In this document: piece after piece, positions 28,584-38,221 of the stretch | Layout of the letters: each line of letters opens with the position of its first letter | How positions within the stretch are numbered: position 1 is the stretch's first letter | Assembly (NCBI GenBank): GCA_016214555.1 | Contig: JACROF010000016.1 | Coordinates: 633 to 64,632 of the forward strand | Source: Candidatus Levyibacteriota bacterium | Lineage (GTDB): Bacteria > Patescibacteriota > Microgenomatia > Levybacterales > UBA12049 | Direction of reading: 5' to 3' | Length of the DNA: 64,000 nt | The notes under the pieces: generated by a model | The model's input: only the letters and a program-made list of their open reading frames with translations | What the model was told of the DNA's origin: nothing | The model's database searches: none | Made by a program: the position numbers and the translations under genes

Positions 28584-29627
28584 ATGGAGATTCTGTTCTC
28601 TATAAATGATAGTATTGCTCAGATTTTTTCTGTTTTATCCTTTAGACAGTATGGTATCAACATGCTTGATATCGTTATTATTTTTGTTGTACTTTTTTAT
28701 GTTTATGAGGGGTATACAAATGGCTTTATTCTTTCTGCTCTAGACCTATGTAGCTTTATAGTATCATTTCTTCTCGGGCTTTTATTTTTTGATAAATTTG
28801 GTGGGGTGGTCACTCAGCTTTTTTCAGTCCCAACGGGATTTGCAAATGCTCTTGGGTTTTTGTGTATTGCAGGCATCACTGAGTTTGCCTTGTCAATCTT
28901 TCTTCGGAGATTTTCTCTTCCAGCATTCTTTCATAAAAAAACGGAAGACACTTTTATTGGAGGGTTAAATCGTTTTTTTGGCGTTCTTCCTGGGTTGGCA
29001 TGCTCATACATATTGTTATCTTTTCTTTTGACTGTTATTGTTGCTCTCCCATCCTCACCTGTTTTAAAAAATTTAGTAGCTACGTCGCGTTTTGGTAGCG
29101 CTCTTGTGTCTCATGCCGCAAAAATCCAGCATGATCTTAATGGTTTTTTTGGAGAGTCCACGAAAGATAACCTCAATGTTTTAACTATAAAACCGCAAAG
29201 CGAGGAGTCTGTTAAGCTTCATTTTACCGTTGATTCACCATCTGTTGATAAAAGCGCCGAAAAGGAAATGTTTGATCTTGTAAATGAAGAAAGGAAAAAG
29301 GCAGGACTCCCTCTTTTATCAGTTGACGATGAACTCACTAAGTTAGCTAGGTCATATGCAACCGATATGCTTAAGATGGGCTTTTTTTCTCATTATGATC
29401 TTGAGAATAGATCACCTTTTGATCGGATGAATAATGCAGGAATCGGTTTTGTTCGGGCAGGGGAGAACCTAGCTCTTTCACCAGGAGTATCTCTTGCTCA
29501 TCAAGGACTTATGAATAGTCCAGGGCATAAAGCAAACATCCTTTCGCCTCATTACCATAAGGTAGGAATTGGCGTTATGGATGGAGGAATATACGGCCAA
29601 ATGTTTGTGCAGGAATTTACCGATTAA
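28584..29627 (+). CDS. fusion protein: CvpA-family membrane domain plus C-terminal CAP/SCP (PR-1, YkwD-like) domain; start at MEILFSIN
   Basis: 4 TM N-terminal half; C-terminal GHYTQ-like block FSHYDLENRSPFDRM...GENLA...GHKANIL...YHKVGIGV. Confidence 0.65.
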   Translation: MEILFSINDSIAQIFSVLSFRQYGINMLDIVIIFVVLFYVYEGYTNGFILSALDLCSFIVSFLLGLLFFDKFGGVVTQLFSVPTGFANALGFLCIAGITEFALSIFLRRFSLPAFFHKKTEDTFIGGLNRFFGVLPGLACSYILLSFLLTVIVALPSSPVLKNLVATSRFGSALVSHAAKIQHDLNGFFGESTKDNLNVLTIKPQSEESVKLHFTVDSPSVDKSAEKEMFDLVNEERKKAGLPLLSVDDELTKLARSYATDMLKMGFFSHYDLENRSPFDRMNNAGIGFVRAGENLALSPGVSLAHQGLMNSPGHKANILSPHYHKVGIGVMDGGIYGQMFVQEFTD

Positions 29628-29628
29628 T

Positions 29629-31332
29629 CTAGAGAGCGAAAAGGAAAAGCGCTCCTATAATCGTAAGAAGAATACCCCCCACAATAGTAATTGTTTGAGC
29701 AATACTTCCAGGACTCTCAATGGTTGGCGTTGGAGTTATCGTTGTGCCACTTGTTGGAGTGCTAGTTGCTACTGTTGCAGTTGGAGTATTCGATATAGTT
29801 GTTGGTGAAGGAGTTGTAGCTGTTGGGGTGACAGTAGTACCAGGAGTGGTTGTTACAGTCACAGTAGGTGAGGCTGATGGTGTTAAGGAGATAGTTGGAC
29901 TTACGGTTGGGACCGTAGGTGATGGTGAGGGAGACGTGCTTGGACTAGGTGAGGGGCTAGCGCTTGGACTTGGGCTGGGGGATGGCGAGGGAGATGTCGA
30001 TGGAAGTGGGCATGAAGCCTGAGCAGAGGCCGAAGGTCCTGTGCTGCAGCTATTGGTGGCGCTGACTGAGCAGGTATATGTCTTGCCGGGTTGGGCTGTG
30101 AAGACGACTTTAGTCTGTGGTGCATCAACACTTGAAGGGCCAAAGATGGTTTTACTATCTTCACTGTCAGCAGCTGATTCTTTGACCTCAACGGTATAGC
30201 TTATTGCACCTGTAACTGGATCCCACTGACATGAGCCTTGCGTTACGGCGCAGGCATTTGGTGTCGATTCTTGGCTATTGCCAAAATTAACATCTGTTTG
30301 GTTTTGGGCATTAGCGATCGTAACGACTTGTTCTGTTTGGTTGTCGGTTGCTACCCAATCAGTGACAGAGTCTTCCTTAACAATATATGATCCATCGCAA
30401 AGTCCAGTGAAGATATAATTTCCTTCTGCATCAGTCTTGGTCGTTTGGATAGGAGTATCTCCCGTGTCTGAATAAAGATTAAGCTGCCAGTTGTTTATCT
30501 TTACCTCATCCTCATCAAAGACACCATTTTGATTAACGTCATAGTATTTAGAGCCACTAATAGATCCTTTCCCGATAATTTGAGCAATTTTGGTATAAAT
30601 AGCATCAAGAGTAGCTGCGTCTGGGGCAAAGAAGTAAAGGCCGCCAGAGTACGTTGCAATATTTGTGAGTAGTTGATCTTTAGCATCAGTACCAAATCCA
30701 ATAGTATAAAAGGTAACGTCATAGGTATTGTGGATAGAAATTGCCTTGTCTAATGCTCTTTGTTGCGCTTCAGCTTGATTTGCTACATCGCTACTTGGCT
30801 TGCCTCCGATAAATTGAGTAGCGCCTCCATCAGTGAGCATAACAGCCACGTTTTTAATGCCGTCTCGTTGATTGGGCGCAAAATCTTTTATAGCAGCATC
30901 AAGTCCGCATTCGATGCATGTTCCTCCCTCGTAGTTAATTGCAGAGAGAGCCGTTTTAATTTTTGTAAGATCGGACGTGAGAGCTTGTTCGACTTTGACG
31001 AGCGTGTCGGTACTAATGGTGCTAAGGCTTACCTCGTGGAGGGGAGTTTGTGTCCGTTTTGCAAGGATATCAATAAATTTAGAAGCGGCGTTTCGCGCAC
31101 TCTCAAGCCTTGTTGTTGTATCAGTTGTGCTCGTTGGTGATCTCATGCTTCCTGATTTATCAAAAATAAGCATGGTGTCTGTTGGTTGATCGGCAACACA
31201 GACTGTTGGCGATGGTTCTGCAGCTCTTTGTCGTACATCCTGTTGCTGTTGACTTAGATATACTGCTACCCCAACCCCAACAAGAAGAACAACAACTAGT
31301 ATTAGAGCTAATATTTTTTTAGAAATTCTCAT
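29629..31332 (-). CDS. surface protein: N-terminal anchor, VWA domain, Cna-B/SdrD-B-like domain, Ser/Pro/Thr-rich linker, C-terminal hydrophobic anchor
   Basis: VWA MIDAS-like DKSGSM...TDG; YDVNQNGVFDEDE...DAEGNYIF; PSPSPSPS repeats; C-terminal GGILLTIIGALFLFAL. Confidence 0.7.
   Translation of the reverse strand: MRISKKILALILVVVLLVGVGVAVYLSQQQQDVRQRAAEPSPTVCVADQPTDTMLIFDKSGSMRSPTSTTDTTTRLESARNAASKFIDILAKRTQTPLHEVSLSTISTDTLVKVEQALTSDLTKIKTALSAINYEGGTCIECGLDAAIKDFAPNQRDGIKNVAVMLTDGGATQFIGGKPSSDVANQAEAQQRALDKAISIHNTYDVTFYTIGFGTDAKDQLLTNIATYSGGLYFFAPDAATLDAIYTKIAQIIGKGSISGSKYYDVNQNGVFDEDEVKINNWQLNLYSDTGDTPIQTTKTDAEGNYIFTGLCDGSYIVKEDSVTDWVATDNQTEQVVTIANAQNQTDVNFGNSQESTPNACAVTQGSCQWDPVTGAISYTVEVKESAADSEDSKTIFGPSSVDAPQTKVVFTAQPGKTYTCSVSATNSCSTGPSASAQASCPLPSTSPSPSPSPSPSASPSPSPSTSPSPSPTVPTVSPTISLTPSASPTVTVTTTPGTTVTPTATTPSPTTISNTPTATVATSTPTSGTTITPTPTIESPGSIAQTITIVGGILLTIIGALFLFAL
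29915..30010. repeat. imperfect tandem nucleotide repeats encoding (S/T)P repeats
   Basis: GGTGATGGTGAGGGAGA / GGGGATGGCGAGGGAGA periodicity. Confidence 0.6.
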
Positions 31333-31334
31333 GA

Positions 31335-32597
31335 TTAATTTTCTCCTTCTTTACAGTATGGACATGTCACTTTAATGTTTTTAACAGCAGGAGGCGTTGG
31401 GCATGTTGAAGGTGAAGGGGAGGGTATTTCCTCTGTTGGCGTTGGAATGCTTGGGGATGGTGACACTGAAGGAGACGGCGAAGGCGAAGGGGAAGGTGAA
31501 GGAGACACGGAAGGAGATATAGATGGGGACGGCGTTGGTGGAGTAGGTGTTGGAACGACGGGTTTGCAGACACTAAGATTGGTATTGTAGTAGCCATCAA
31601 GATAGGTTTTTTTCCCTGTATACCAATTGTCAGGAAGATGGTATGAAGGAATAATAGCATTTTTAAAAACATCTATTTGCCATGCGCAGTTTGGTACGCT
31701 TACCGTGAGATAAATAGTTTTTTTTGGCTCTAGTCTATAGGTAAGTGCACTGTAGGGAGTTTGAGTCCAGATCCAGTCAAATTTATCGGGACATTCCTGG
31801 GGAGTGCAATCAGGATAAGGAACAGGATACTTGATATATGCTTGATACGAGGCAAGACCAACAGTATATGGTTGCGTAGACGACGTGTTGGTTATTTTTG
31901 CAAAGGCTTTACCATTTGATGACCCTTCAGTAACGCATGCTGTAAGATCTGGCTCAAAATTATTTTCATCTGCAACGCAGGTAAGAGAAGAAAAACCAGA
32001 TGGTACAGTTGTAGAGGTGGTACCTGCCACATAGCGGTTGCTACTAACTCTATAGGTGAAGGAAATTTGGTTATTATCATAATTACTTTCAGTTACGTGT
32101 TTGTTATAGTTAATAAAAGCTTTTGCTGTATATTGTCCAGATGATGATTTGCTCCAGAATTTATTTGTTATAAAATGACCTTTTTGTGCGCTCGTATAAA
32201 TAGAGTCATAGAGTTCGGATTGCTGGCTGGCAAATTGACCATTTTTCATCTCAACCCCGACATCAGATTTGGTGTTGGGGGCAATGACTGTTCCCTCTGC
32301 AACATTGCTATAAATTTGTGTATAGGTGCCATCAGCTGATACTCCTTTTGCCCCCCCTTGATTTTTGAGAGTGATGCGCACATAAATATCCTCATTGGGA
32401 GCAAAAACATCTCTCACATTTCCTCCAGCATCAGTAAGCTGGAGAGATTCCACAATCAGGTCTGCCTCAGTTGCTGCATTGGGAGTAAGGTTTTGTTGTC
32501 TTTGAGAAAGGAATACGACAAGAGGAATGCTTAGGAGAATAAAAAGAATTACAATAAGAGTAATCAATCTTTTTTTAGAACCTTGCGTGGTGTTCAT
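31335..32597 (-). CDS. secreted/anchored surface protein with CARDB-like domain, Ser/Pro repeats, Cys-rich C-terminus
   Basis: signal anchor; IVESLQLTDAGGNVRDVFAPNEDIYVRITLKNQG CARDB-like; SPSPSPSPS linker. Confidence 0.6.
   Translation of the reverse strand: MNTTQGSKKRLITLIVILFILLSIPLVVFLSQRQQNLTPNAATEADLIVESLQLTDAGGNVRDVFAPNEDIYVRITLKNQGGAKGVSADGTYTQIYSNVAEGTVIAPNTKSDVGVEMKNGQFASQQSELYDSIYTSAQKGHFITNKFWSKSSSGQYTAKAFINYNKHVTESNYDNNQISFTYRVSSNRYVAGTTSTTVPSGFSSLTCVADENNFEPDLTACVTEGSSNGKAFAKITNTSSTQPYTVGLASYQAYIKYPVPYPDCTPQECPDKFDWIWTQTPYSALTYRLEPKKTIYLTVSVPNCAWQIDVFKNAIIPSYHLPDNWYTGKKTYLDGYYNTNLSVCKPVVPTPTPPTPSPSISPSVSPSPSPSPSPSPSVSPSPSIPTPTEEIPSPSPSTCPTPPAVKNIKVTCPYCKEGEN
31395..31545. repeat. 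tandem nucleotide repeats encoding SPSPS linker
   Basis: GGCGAAGGCGAAGGGGAAGGTGAAGGAGAC periodicity. Confidence 0.6.
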
Positions 32598-32710
32598 AGC
32601 AAAAAACCTCTGAAAAAATCAGATTAATTCCATCATAGTTAGTATGAAGTGTCTTCGTCAACCAGAGTCTCATGTTGTGTTTATGACTACTGGTTTCCTA
32701 TACTGAGTAT

Positions 32711-33745
32711 ATGGTTCGTGTTGCTATTAATGGGTATGGAAGAATAGGAAGAATAGCTCATAGGGTTATCCTTCAAAAATACAAAGAAGAGATTCAGGTA
32801 GTTGCTGTTAACGCAGGATCATCAACAGATCTTGCTGGATGGAAGTATCTCCTTAAGTATGACTCCGTGTATGGGGCGCTACCAATCCCCATTGAGGTAG
32901 AAGAAAAAACATCTGATGACCCTGAGAATTTTCTAGGAAAATTTCTTATAAACAATGAGGTTATTGCCGTCTATTCACAAAAAGATCCTCAGCTTTTGCC
33001 CTGGAAAGATCTTCAGATAGATGTTGTTATCGAGTCAACTGGCGCTTTTGAAACCAGGGAAGGTCTTGAAAAACATATTCAGGCTGGAGCTAGAAAAGTA
33101 GTTTTGTCAGCTCCTGCAAAGGACGACGTGGAGACGATAGTCCTGGGAGTTAATGAGCTTCTCTATAAAGGAGAGAGAGTATTGAGTAACGCCTCATGCA
33201 CTACCAACTGCATCGCGCCTGTTGCCAAGGTGATGCACGAACAATTCGGTATCGAAAAAGCAATGTTGACAACTGTCCATGGATATACTTCAGATCAAAG
33301 ACTGCAAGACGGAGGCCATAAAGACTATCGAAGGGCACGAGCTGCAGGGCTAAATATTGTTCCTACCTCAACAGGAGCAACAAAGACCCTTGAAAAAACA
33401 ATCCCTGAGCTTGGTGGTCGATTTAGTGGTGTGGCGCTTCGTGTTCCTGTTCCTGTTGGTTCGCTATCAGATTTCACCTTTCTCCTTTCACGATCGACGA
33501 CAAAAGAGGAAGTAAACGATACTTTTAAGCGACTGGCTGCATCGCCTGAATTTTCTCATATCTTGGAAGTAACTGAGGACCCTCTTGTCTCCAGCGACAT
33601 TATCGGTAACCCGCATTCTGCAATTGTTGATCTTTCACTCACGCAAGTTGTTGGGGGAAATATGGTAAAAGTCGTCGCGTGGTATGACAACGAATATGGA
33701 TACGCAAACCGTCTTGTTGAAGAAGTTCTTCTTGCTGCATCCTGA
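32711..33745 (+). CDS. gap: glyceraldehyde-3-phosphate dehydrogenase
   Basis: INGYGRIGR NAD motif; active-site SNASCTTNCIAP. Confidence 0.9.
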   Translation: MVRVAINGYGRIGRIAHRVILQKYKEEIQVVAVNAGSSTDLAGWKYLLKYDSVYGALPIPIEVEEKTSDDPENFLGKFLINNEVIAVYSQKDPQLLPWKDLQIDVVIESTGAFETREGLEKHIQAGARKVVLSAPAKDDVETIVLGVNELLYKGERVLSNASCTTNCIAPVAKVMHEQFGIEKAMLTTVHGYTSDQRLQDGGHKDYRRARAAGLNIVPTSTGATKTLEKTIPELGGRFSGVALRVPVPVGSLSDFTFLLSRSTTKEEVNDTFKRLAASPEFSHILEVTEDPLVSSDIIGNPHSAIVDLSLTQVVGGNMVKVVAWYDNEYGYANRLVEEVLLAAS

Positions 33746-33768
33746 GTATAATTTGCTATACTACCTCA

Positions 33769-34341
33769 ATGGATAACGCTATAAAAGTTCGCAACATAAC
33801 GATTTCTGGAAGAATTGGTAGCGGTGCATCAACTCTAGCTAAAAAATTGGCTGAAGAATTAGGCTGGCAAATGCTTGATGGCGGGAAGTTGTTTAGGAAA
33901 ATTAATGAGGAGTTAGGGTTTAGTATTACGCAGACTGAAAAAAGGCCTGATCATTTCGACTTGGAATATGAAGAGCGAATTAAAAAAATGCTGCGTGAAG
34001 AAGAGCATCGTATCATCCAAAGTCACCTTGCTGGTTTTGATGCGCAGGGAATCCCGGGTGTTTTTAAAATTCTTTTAGTGTGTGAGGATGAAGGTGAAGA
34101 TGTCCCGGCGGTTAGGATTGATAGGCTTGTTAATCGTGATGGGGTAGCAGTTGAGGAGGCAAAGTATGAAGTTATTGAAAGAGAACGTCAACATCTCAAT
34201 AAATTTCGAAGGCTTTATGTCAATAATGATACCTCTTGGGTGTATTGGGATAAAAAATATTACGACTGTGTTATTAATACGTTTACTCATAATCAAAAAT
34301 CAGTATTTGAAATAGCACTTGAATCTCTTAAAAATGCGTAA
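33769..34341 (+). CDS. cytidylate-kinase-like P-loop protein with degenerate Walker A (GSGAST: Lys replaced by Ala)
   Basis: ITISGRIGSGASTLAKKLAEELGWQMLDGGKLFR resembles the CMP kinase N-terminus. Confidence 0.5.
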   Translation: MDNAIKVRNITISGRIGSGASTLAKKLAEELGWQMLDGGKLFRKINEELGFSITQTEKRPDHFDLEYEERIKKMLREEEHRIIQSHLAGFDAQGIPGVFKILLVCEDEGEDVPAVRIDRLVNRDGVAVEEAKYEVIERERQHLNKFRRLYVNNDTSWVYWDKKYYDCVINTFTHNQKSVFEIALESLKNA

Positions 34342-34385
34342 CTCTTGCATTGCAGGTAGCCATCAATTATGATGTCGCTACTTGT

Positions 34386-34928
34386 ATGCGAGTTCTCCTG
34401 ATCCTTTTTGTTTTCCTTTTTGTTCCCCAAAAAATATTTGCTCAAGTGAGTACGACTCCAGGAAACCTCGTGCCACTTGTTGCGCCCCATGATGAATATG
34501 TTCTTCCATACCCTGGTATGTTGCCGGATAACCCTTTTTATTTTATTAAGACAATCAGAGATACGGTGGTCCTTTTTTTGATTACCGATCCTAGTAAAAA
34601 GGCGGATTTTAATCTTCTTCAGGCAAGTAAGCGATTTCAAGCAGGTGTTTTTCTCATGAAGAAAAATCACGCAAAAGCCCCTTTGGCTTTTTCTACTCTT
34701 AGTAAGGGGATTCAATATTTCTCACATGCAATTGCCATCACTTTGGAACTTAAAAAAGAACGAGCGGATGTATCGTATCTAACAACGCAGCTCTCTCAGT
34801 CACTTGTACAATACAAAAGTATGCTTGCTGATCTTTCAACTTCTTTTCCTCAGGACAAAATACAGATCAAAGAATTACAAGACACATTGCTGCCATTTGA
34901 TCATCAGCTCTTTTTACTATCAAAATAG
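34386..34928 (+). CDS. secreted hypothetical protein (DUF5667-like)
   Basis: signal peptide MRVLLILFVFLFVPQKIFA; LPYPGMLPDNPFYFIKTIRD. Confidence 0.5.
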   Translation: MRVLLILFVFLFVPQKIFAQVSTTPGNLVPLVAPHDEYVLPYPGMLPDNPFYFIKTIRDTVVLFLITDPSKKADFNLLQASKRFQAGVFLMKKNHAKAPLAFSTLSKGIQYFSHAIAITLELKKERADVSYLTTQLSQSLVQYKSMLADLSTSFPQDKIQIKELQDTLLPFDHQLFLLSK

Positions 34929-35021
34929 AGTTTTCACAACAGTATTGTAAGAATTTCACAAGATCTGAGGCTATGGTTTCCCGAAAAATTGCCGTGATAT
35001 AGATAGATATATTTTTCAGTA

Positions 35022-35051
35022 TTGACATTGATACTGGTAGAGCCATATAGT
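35022..35051 (+). promoter_or_regulatory. sigma70-like promoter (TTGACA-N17/18-TATAGT) for nrdR-nrdJ
   Basis: perfect -35 hexamer, near-consensus -10. Confidence 0.5.
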
Positions 35052-35057
35052 TTTTTA

Positions 35058-35096
35058 GGACACTACATATAAATTATTTCATAATGAAATGTAGTT
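35058..35096 (+). promoter_or_regulatory. NrdR-box-like palindrome (acaCTACATATaa...ATGTAGtt) between promoter and nrdR
   Basis: CTACAT/ATGTAG inverted arms; 12/16 match to the NrdR box consensus acaCwAtATaTwGtgt. Confidence 0.35.
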
Positions 35097-35120
35097 CTAT
35101 AGGAGCCTGAGGAGAATAAT

Positions 35121-35570
35121 ATGCATTGTCCCTATTGCGGGAGTAGAGAATCAGAAGTTGTTGAGACAAGGGACAGTGAAGATATGGACGCCATTAGGCG
35201 TCGCCGAGCATGTCACATATGCGAGAGGAGATTTACTACCTATGAGCGAATCGAGACGGTAAATCTGCTGGTTATAAAAAAAGACGGAAGACGAGAGCAG
35301 TTCAATAGAGATAAGTTAAAAGCGGGATTGATCAGGGCGTGTGAGAAAACAACGATTTCTGTTGATGAGATAGATAGAATTATTACCGAGGTAATTCATG
35401 AATTACGAGGAGGAGATTCGGTTGAAGTGCGAAGCGAGCTGATTGGGCAATTGGTTGCAGACGAGTTGAAGAAACTTAACAAAATTGCCTATATTCGATT
35501 TTCAAGTGTTTTCAAAAGATTTGTAGATGTTGAGGATTTTGAAAACGAAGTTAAAAAATTAATACACTAA
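35121..35570 (+). CDS. nrdR: transcriptional repressor NrdR
   Basis: MHCPYCGSRESEVVETRDSED... zinc ribbon plus ATP-cone. Confidence 0.9.
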   Translation: MHCPYCGSRESEVVETRDSEDMDAIRRRRACHICERRFTTYERIETVNLLVIKKDGRREQFNRDKLKAGLIRACEKTTISVDEIDRIITEVIHELRGGDSVEVRSELIGQLVADELKKLNKIAYIRFSSVFKRFVDVEDFENEVKKLIH

Positions 35571-35577
35571 ACTATAT

Positions 35578-38028
35578 ATGGCTGTACAATTAGACGGGAT
35601 TAGACAAAAAGTATTCTTAGATCGTTATGCCTTAAAAGATAAGGAAGGTTCTCTTATTGAGAAAACTCCTGAGGAGATGTGGAAAAGAGTGGCAAAGGGA
35701 ATTGCTGCAAATGAAAAAAAAGCCGACCAAAAGAAGTGGGAGAGAGAGTTTTATAAGGCTATGGAAGGGTTCAAATTTGTCCCTGCTGGCAGAATCCTTT
35801 CTGGTGCTGGCACAGAATATCAGGTAACGTATTTTAATTGTTTTGTCATACCAAGCCCCAAAGACTCACGACATGGTATCTTAGAAGCATTAGGTCAGCT
35901 TGTTGAAATCCAGGCAAGATCTGGTGGAGTCGGACTCAATCTTTCATCGCTTCGTCCAAAAGGAGCAAGGGTTAAAAAAGTCAACGGAACCTCAAGTGGA
36001 CCTGTTAACTGGGCAACTCTTTTTTCTGTTGCGACACATGATATTGTTCAACAGGGTGGGTCTCGCAGGGGAGCAACAATGCTTATGCTTTGGGATTGGC
36101 ACCCAGACGTTGAGGAGTTTATTACCGTTAAAGAGGATCTCAGTAAGATCAACGGAGCAAATCTTTCTGTTTGTGTCTCAGATGCCTTTATGGAAGCTGT
36201 CAAAAAAGACGCTGATTGGGATCTTGTTTATCCTGATATCACCGATCCTGAATATGATGAAAAATGGGATGGTGAGATCGATAAATGGAGAGCGTTGGGA
36301 AAAAATGTTATTGTCTACAAAACGATCAAGGCTCGTTATCTTTGGGATCTCATCTGCACTGCTGCATGGAGAAGCGCTGAGCCAGGGCTTCATTTTATGG
36401 AGCGTTCCAACAAAAGAAGTAACACCTATTACTTTGAGCGCTTGATTGCAACCAATCCTTGTGGAGAGCAGCCGCTTGGCGCATGGGCTGTTTGTAACTT
36501 GGGGGCAATGAATCTTGCAGCGTATGTTAATGACGAAAAATTTGATTTTGAGTCATTTGGAAATGACGTTCGTGTAGCAATGCGCATGCTTGACAATGTT
36601 ATCGATCAGACTTACTACTTCTTTAAAGAAAATGAGGTATGCGCAAAAGATATTCGTCGAACTGGACTTGGCATTATGGGACTTGGGGATGCGCTTATTA
36701 AAATGATGCTTCCCTATGGCTCTGAAAAATCTATTCCTGTTATCGAAAAAATCTTTCAGACGCTTCGAGATAATGCATATGATGCATCAGCAGATCTGGC
36801 AAAAGAAAAAGGAGCGTTCCCTCATTTTGAGAAAGATAAGTATCTTGACGCCCATTTTGTTAAGCAACTTCCTCGTGCAATTAGGAAAAAAATTAGCGAG
36901 CAGGGTATACGAAACGCGGTACTTTTGACGATCGCTCCTACAGGAACAACATCTCTTGTCTCAGGTGTTTCAAGCGGCATTGAGCCAGTCTACGAATTTA
37001 GTTTTCGTCGAAAATGGAGAGGTGGAGAAGAGATTATGTACCATCCATTATTTGATGAATGGAGAAAGACACATGAAGGAGAAGATAGACCTGATTATTT
37101 CGTCTCAGCAAATGACTTAACCCCCATGGAACATGTCAGAGTCCAGGCTGTTGCACAGGAATATATTGATTCCTCAATATCAAAAACAGTTAATGCTCCT
37201 AATGCACACACTGTGCAAGATGTAAAAGATCTTTATATGTTTGCTTATGATTATGGTCTTAAAGGCATTACGTATATGCGCGATGGTTCTCGTATGGGGG
37301 TACTGGAGAGACTTCCTGAGAAAAAAGAGGAAGTTAAGGAAGAAAAGCCAGTTGTTCCTGTCACGCCACGCGTTCCTCGTCCGATGGTTCTTGCGGGAAC
37401 AACCTATAAAGCAGACAGTCCAATTGGACGCATGTATGTTACGATCAACCACGACGAAACCAATCAGCCATTTGAAGTCTTTATCAACAACGGCAAATCA
37501 GGTTCAGATGTTATGGCTATGGCTGATGCTTTAGGACGAATGATATCTTTTGTCCTTCGTATCCACAGTACTGTTCCTCGTCGTGAAAGGATGCGTGAGA
37601 TTGTTTCAGAGTTAACAGGTATTGGTGGGGCTCGAAGCGTGGGATTTGGAGAGAACAGAGTCAGATCCCTTCCCGATGCTGTTGCTAAAGTGCTTGCGCG
37701 ACATAGCAATTTTAGAGTGAATGGAAAAGTTGAAGATAAACCCGTCGAGCCGGTAGCAGCGGATGTTTCTCCAGAGGCAAGTGGTGATGCTTTAGCAAAT
37801 GGCAACGGAAATGGTCACGCAACAAAAGGACAGGTATCATTCTTGACAAAAGTTGATCAAGTAGAGACTCAAGGAGAGCAGCTTGGATTTGCAGCAGCAA
37901 CAGTGCCTGCTGAGGCAATGCATACCAATACTAATCTTTTTGATATTTGTCCTGAGTGTGGCGCTGCGAGTTTTGCTTATGAAGAAGGTTGCAAAAAATG
38001 CTATGGCTGTGGCTATAGCGAATGTTAG
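35578..38028 (+). CDS. nrdJ: adenosylcobalamin-dependent (class II) ribonucleotide reductase
   Basis: TNPCGEQPL active-site motif; C-terminal CPECG...CKKCYGCG zinc ribbon. Confidence 0.85.
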   Translation: MAVQLDGIRQKVFLDRYALKDKEGSLIEKTPEEMWKRVAKGIAANEKKADQKKWEREFYKAMEGFKFVPAGRILSGAGTEYQVTYFNCFVIPSPKDSRHGILEALGQLVEIQARSGGVGLNLSSLRPKGARVKKVNGTSSGPVNWATLFSVATHDIVQQGGSRRGATMLMLWDWHPDVEEFITVKEDLSKINGANLSVCVSDAFMEAVKKDADWDLVYPDITDPEYDEKWDGEIDKWRALGKNVIVYKTIKARYLWDLICTAAWRSAEPGLHFMERSNKRSNTYYFERLIATNPCGEQPLGAWAVCNLGAMNLAAYVNDEKFDFESFGNDVRVAMRMLDNVIDQTYYFFKENEVCAKDIRRTGLGIMGLGDALIKMMLPYGSEKSIPVIEKIFQTLRDNAYDASADLAKEKGAFPHFEKDKYLDAHFVKQLPRAIRKKISEQGIRNAVLLTIAPTGTTSLVSGVSSGIEPVYEFSFRRKWRGGEEIMYHPLFDEWRKTHEGEDRPDYFVSANDLTPMEHVRVQAVAQEYIDSSISKTVNAPNAHTVQDVKDLYMFAYDYGLKGITYMRDGSRMGVLERLPEKKEEVKEEKPVVPVTPRVPRPMVLAGTTYKADSPIGRMYVTINHDETNQPFEVFINNGKSGSDVMAMADALGRMISFVLRIHSTVPRRERMREIVSELTGIGGARSVGFGENRVRSLPDAVAKVLARHSNFRVNGKVEDKPVEPVAADVSPEASGDALANGNGNGHATKGQVSFLTKVDQVETQGEQLGFAAATVPAEAMHTNTNLFDICPECGAASFAYEEGCKKCYGCGYSEC

Positions 38029-38084
38029 TTGCTTTTTGCAATTAAAAGATTTATAAGATAAAACAAAACAACAACTATATCGGA

Positions 38085-38221
38085 AATCATGGTGACTCGA
38101 TCAAGTCAAGCGGGAATTCCATGGCTATGCCGTAACTGTACAGTCAGAAAACGATATATTTGTAATATTCTCCCGAGCAGGAATTCTTGTTAGATCCTTC
38201 TTGGGAAAGAAGGATTTTTTT
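38085..38221 (+). promoter_or_regulatory. candidate cobalamin riboswitch with terminator expression platform (CCTTCTT-ggga-AAGAAGG-TTTTTTT at 38196-38221) abutting the downstream ATG
   Basis: GGUG...GCGGGAAUUCC...GCCGUAACUGUA resembles B12-element blocks; intrinsic terminator directly before the start codon; genomic context is a B12 module. Confidence 0.4.

Noticed and set aside
29720-30191. Plus-strand ORFs encoding Gly/Val- or Pro-rich peptides (29720..30022, 29901..30191); likewise 31375..31590 and 31367..31672
   Set aside because: They are antisense or alternate-frame translations of the (SP)n repeat-coding regions of the two surface-protein genes.
29915-31545. Short tandem repeats considered as a possible CRISPR array
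   Set aside because: Repeats are about 9-15 nt, imperfect, with no unique spacers, and lie in-frame within coding sequence (Ser-Pro linkers). No cas genes are present.
35900-37918. Several track ORFs inside or antisense to nrdJ (35900..36445, 36178..36393, 37180..37452, 37464..37805, 37712..37918)
   Set aside because: Embedded in a strongly supported 816-aa gene.
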